Shown: positions 59,730-64,000 of the stretch, piece by piece | Layout of the letters: each line of letters begins with the position of its first letter | Position numbering within the stretch: the stretch's first letter is position 1 | Source of the DNA: Pseudovirgaria hyperparasitica | Lineage: Eukaryota | NCBI GenBank assembly: GCA_010093815.1 | Contig: ML996568.1 | DNA length: 64,000 bases | Strand: one strand, 5' to 3' | The notes under the pieces: model-generated | Seen by the model: the letters and a program-made list of their open reading frames with translations, nothing else | Told to the model about the DNA's origin: nothing | Databases searched by the model: none | Translations under genes and position numbers: made by a program

Positions 59730-62700
59730 ATCGGCAAGGGGCGATTTGGGAATCGGAAACTAACAGCTGCGAGCGGGCCTGCAGGAAGAAGTCGGGTGAG
59801 TTTGAGGCTTTGCCGGCCCACCGAGTGCAGTTGCAGTGGCCGTCTATGTATTATTATTATTGTTCTGCTGACCGGGGCTGCTGATGGAGACAGTGGAGCA
59901 GCTGCTATGGGATTTCTATAGTACATTGGGTATCCAAAGCTGCGTCGAATGGCCATGGATATATGACAATCAGTCGTGGTAGGTAGCTCAAATCCAATTG
60001 TGACGGAAGCGGCAGTATCGTGAGTATGACGAAGCACTAACAATTAGCCACGAGCATGAGCATCAACTCGACGTCTGCCGGACACATGGAGACGCAGCCA
60101 GGTCCAGGGGCCAAGGTCCAAGGTAAAGCTCGGCTGTAGCGCATAAAGTGAGTCTCTCTCTCTCTCTCTTGCACGAGGACACGCAAAGAAGAGAGTAAAT
60201 GAAAGGACAACGTCTCTTGTCTCTCTATCCTGCGCACAGGATAGTCCCCAGTCTGGGCTTCTTCTGTTCGCAGGAAACAGATGAGATCGAGGTTCTGGAC
60301 AAAGCTCGCGTGAGAAGGTCAATGCCCTCAACTCCACCAATGCCAACCGGCAGGATTGCAGGTGGAGGGGACGAGGGGCTGCGGGGCTGTGCCTTGTTCG
60401 GCCCAACGCTACTCGGCTCACCGCAACGGCTGTTCCTCTCGTCTCGTGTCTTATACCTTGATAACAAGAGTTCAGTGGCCCGAAGTGACTGTTTTATCCA
60501 ATTCTGATGGAGCGGGAGACGCTCAGGCAACGTGAGATGCAGGTGATGGAAATGCTGGAGTTCAATAGTTGGCGAGACGGGCGATTGTAGTTGGAATGCA
60601 CAGATCGTTTAGTCGCTCGGGAATAGTCAGTGGATCGTCAAGAAGACAACGACCGGCATAAATATACAGCTTTAACTGAATATCTCGTATCTTAACAATT
60701 ACGGTCTACACCTACACTTCGCTGAACGACGTCAACGTTTTATACATAGTACAGTACAATAGTCAATCACTAGTTATGGCGTTGACCCTTCCCCGCATTT
60801 TCGCTTGTTCTTGGCTCTCAATGCATTGCAATGCCGCTGTTATGTAACTACCCGCCTCTCCTCGTTCAGGCGAGAGCGTGTATCACGAGACAGAGTCTAT
60901 AGATCAGGTATGATTATAAGGACGCAGTTAATATCTTACAATGCTGCAGCAAGTACGATGAACCTGTACAGCCCTAAGCATTCCCGGCCGAGAGAGCGTG
61001 CCAACTAGATGACGCTGCATGTCATGCCTAAACCAGCCAAGCGTCAGATTATCGCTGTGTGTGGACCGGTGCTGAGGACTGGTGCGCAGGTGCAGGTGCA
61101 GGAACGCCAACGCCTTTCCGATATTTCCCTACGCTCCCAGCTTCAGCCGACCTCCTTTCACCCAATCACAGTGCTCACAATCATTCGAAATACGGCCAAA
61201 AGGTCCAGTCACGGATACATTTTGGCCTCCAGACATCCAACTGCATTGTTGTTCAAGCGCCTCTCCGACCATCACCAGGGAGGCAACCAACGGGATGGTC
61301 CCTATCGTGAGGTCTTCTCTACCGTTAAATCGCGCATATCTTCCCGTGGCATCTGACGCTGAAGCTCGGCGGTCGTTGTCCGCCTTTGGCATGTGCGAGG
61401 CCAGCGGTGCGAGTCAGCCTTTGTCATTTAGGATCGTGAGATCGCTGGCATTACTAAGTGCGTGCTTGAGGCTGAGATTGAGCGCATTTTGTCTCGGGAC
61501 CAGAATGCAGATAATCAACGCAACAACTCTTCGAGCACAGAGCTCCATGAGGACATCGCTTTGAGGACAACTCCAGTCTCTCTCTACATGATGCTCTTCA
61601 TTACATTATATTCGACGAGTGTCATCTTCGAGGTAGGAACAAACATCCAGGCCCACGGATCGTCCCGCCTCCGCATGCTGGGGGCAGAGATACAGTAGCT
61701 CACATCCTGCCACCAGGAGGCCTTACAATGCCAAACTCTCAAACAGATCACACGTCAAACAACACTCACTAATCGTGTTTGCACTTATAAGTATCTCAGC
61801 AAAATACTTTCAACGATGACAACATCCGTATAGTCTGTAAATTCAACAATGCTGTCTGTGAGTTGACCGGGCAACTGCGAATCTGGATGCTGCATCAACA
61901 GAAAGCAAGCTATCGCGTGACCAACTCAACTATTCGCAAGACATTTTCCAAAGAAAGCGCATTCGTGTCAAATGCAAAGTGAAACACAGTATATTGTACC
62001 ATCAGGTTATAGGTACTAGAATTCTCAGCAGACTATAGAACCCGACATGTGCAGAGCGTAGTTATGCCTCGCTGCAAAGAACACCATTGAGTGATGATGG
62101 ATGAACAGGTGCCAGAGCACAGGCAGCACGACCTCGTGGACGACGCGTGGAGAGTCTTGGCTACGTGACGGAGGTTATCTTTCTGATCTTGAAATGTCCG
62201 AATATGGATGTCGCATGGCTTGACCGTCTTGGCGCGTTTAACCTGCAGGTCTCTTTGACACGGGCATTCAATGTTATTGAAGGCACTAAACATGGGCTGA
62301 GGTAAAGACAACAACCGGAAAACAACACAAGCCATCACACAAAGGCACAGCAGCACAAGATAGATGCTCAGTGTCAATTGAAAAATCAGACTACTTTGTG
62401 AGCAATCGAACAGCTACATACATACTTTCACATTCCATTCCACCACAACAAGATCCCGCGGCTCGGACTGGGGAATAAAAAATAAAAAGTGACCAAGCCG
62501 CTCACCGTACAGGTATCCACCTCACCTCAAAATGCCAAATAAGGGATTGAAAGAGGATTGAAAGAGTTAAAAGGGGTAAAAGTGTGGTATCTCAACAAAC
62601 GGCCATGACATGCGTGACGACGTGAATCGGCAACTCTGTGGAACTCCGGCGCTTAGATAGAAAGGGGGCGTGAAAAACGCGCGACGTGAAGAGACAAGAT

Positions 62701-62968
62701 AGAAAGAAGAAGCCCTGACTACAATGTCCACCGCCGCGCAATCGTAAAAGTGGTTTAAAAAAAGAGAGAGAGAAATCCGTCCTAGTGAAACTCTTATCCA
62801 CCGTAGATGGTTTTATGAGGACACCCAGGCCAATGCGCAAGTTGCGAGGTATGAGTTAGAGTTGTGTGTGTGTGAAGATGCTCTGCAACGTGTGGTGTAA
62901 TATTGACGTTGAATGGTAGCGCGTAAAGTCCAGCTCGCTTTTCAGATGATTTGAAGCGCGGAGCAAGC

Positions 62969-63331
62969 CTATAGCGCGAGCATTGCCAGGACTACGGCAC
63001 CCACTGCAACAGCCGGAGCTTGTAGTGCGACAGCGGCACCCTGTGAACCAGTTGGCGCAGGAGCTGATGAACCATTTGGCTCGCCGGAAGTAGGGGTGTG
63101 CATTGTTGAGTTGCTGCCGTGCGAGGGAATGATGGTCTCGATGGTGGTAACGGGAGTGGTGATTGGAGTGGCTGGAGGAGTGCCAGTCATGGTCTGCGTG
63201 ACGACGCGGAAGACGGTCTTGGTGACATAGTAAGTGGAGTAGTCGTCAGCGGGAGGGGTGTTGTTGGCAGCGACAAAGGCGGAGAGGAAGAGGAGGAGGG
63301 ATGCGACGATCTGGCTGAAGGAGGAGCGCAT
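62969..63331 (-). CDS. Small Ser/Thr/Pro-rich GPI-anchored cell-wall protein
   Basis: Signal peptide MRSSFSQIVASLLLFLSAFVAA, T/P-rich core, omega region (QGAA) and hydrophobic tail VALQAPAVAVGAVVLAMLAL. Confidence 0.85.
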   Translation of the reverse strand: MRSSFSQIVASLLLFLSAFVAANNTPPADDYSTYYVTKTVFRVVTQTMTGTPPATPITTPVTTIETIIPSHGSNSTMHTPTSGEPNGSSAPAPTGSQGAAVALQAPAVAVGAVVLAMLAL

Positions 63332-64000
63332 TTTGAGTTTTTGGTTATCCGGAGATTTGATTCTTGATAGGAGAGATCGGAGGAAGCTGAAAAGCTGGAG
63401 ATGCGACTACTGCGACGTTGCAAGTGGTGCTTTGGTGCAGAGAATGCGACGATAGGATGTCTTGTAGTGATATCGATGCGCGCGATCGTGCGAATGCTTG
63501 AAGAGCAGATCTAGCGATTTTCTAGAAGGACGACAGGGTATGTCTTTTGGGTCTTTGTTTGTATGGATGAATGAGCGAGACGGCGTAGGCCTTTGTAAGA
63601 ATAGAGAACGTTGGTTGGATTTAAAAAGAGTGACAAAGGCAGAGAGCCAGTGAGATATTTTGCGTGTAGCAGAAATGTGGGTTTTGATGAGGCACAGGGA
63701 AGAAACGAGAGCAAGAAGAAGCAGAAGAAGAAGAGGAAAAGGGCAGGCATCCGGGGGATAGGGAAAATAGTAGAGCGGCCAGTTTGATTGCGGTCGTGCT
63801 GCAGAGGAATTAGCGGAGACGCCTTGTTTGTGTTATTTGGGGGGGAACTAACCTACCGGGGGGCAATTGGTTGTCTCATTTCCGCGTTCCTGACTAGAGT
63901 GTTACTTTAGGGGGGGTGAATCTAGCCTTGGGGGGTCCACAAGGCCACGCGCTAGGCTGGAGAAGCTATCTGGATCCCCAGAAGTCTCTGCGCATCACCC

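Overview
Genomic DNA of a filamentous ascomycete (Pezizomycotina; short 45-65 nt GT-AG introns with CTRAC-type branch points; class not determinable here). I can support 19 protein-coding genes, most with hand-assembled exons. In order: ataxin-10/Ctr86 homolog, Rgt1-like Zn2Cys6 factor, Ace1/AceA-type copper-fist factor, COQ5, branched-chain 2-oxoacid dehydrogenase E1 alpha, RSC9, a REC114-like meiotic protein, a calpain, a short Zn2Cys6 protein, SWF1, RAP1, MEU1, a DPP1-type PAP2 phosphatase, MED7, a PTH11-like membrane protein, a Kex2-processed Gly/Leu repeat precursor, a class II-like hydrophobin, a YeeE/YedE sulfur transporter, PEP carboxykinase (PCK1/acuF) and a small GPI-anchored wall protein (20 counting the last). 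I found no tRNA, rRNA, transposon or CRISPR array. The leading candidates for something new are (1) an accessory-looking trio at 44.4-50.5 kb, with a PTH11-like receptor divergent from a secreted Kex2-cleaved amphipathic peptide precursor followed by a hydrophobin, and (2) an unusually decorated PCK1 locus, with a 279-nt intron that folds into nested stems, a 103-aa C-terminal tail of KSEPE repeats and a long in-frame upstream ORF. Also notable are an HMG-box-like insert in ataxin-10, a stop-free 54-nt intron inside the copper-sensing domain of the Ace1-type factor, and an RGG repeat block in the calpain. All assignments come from reading motifs by eye; no database search was run.
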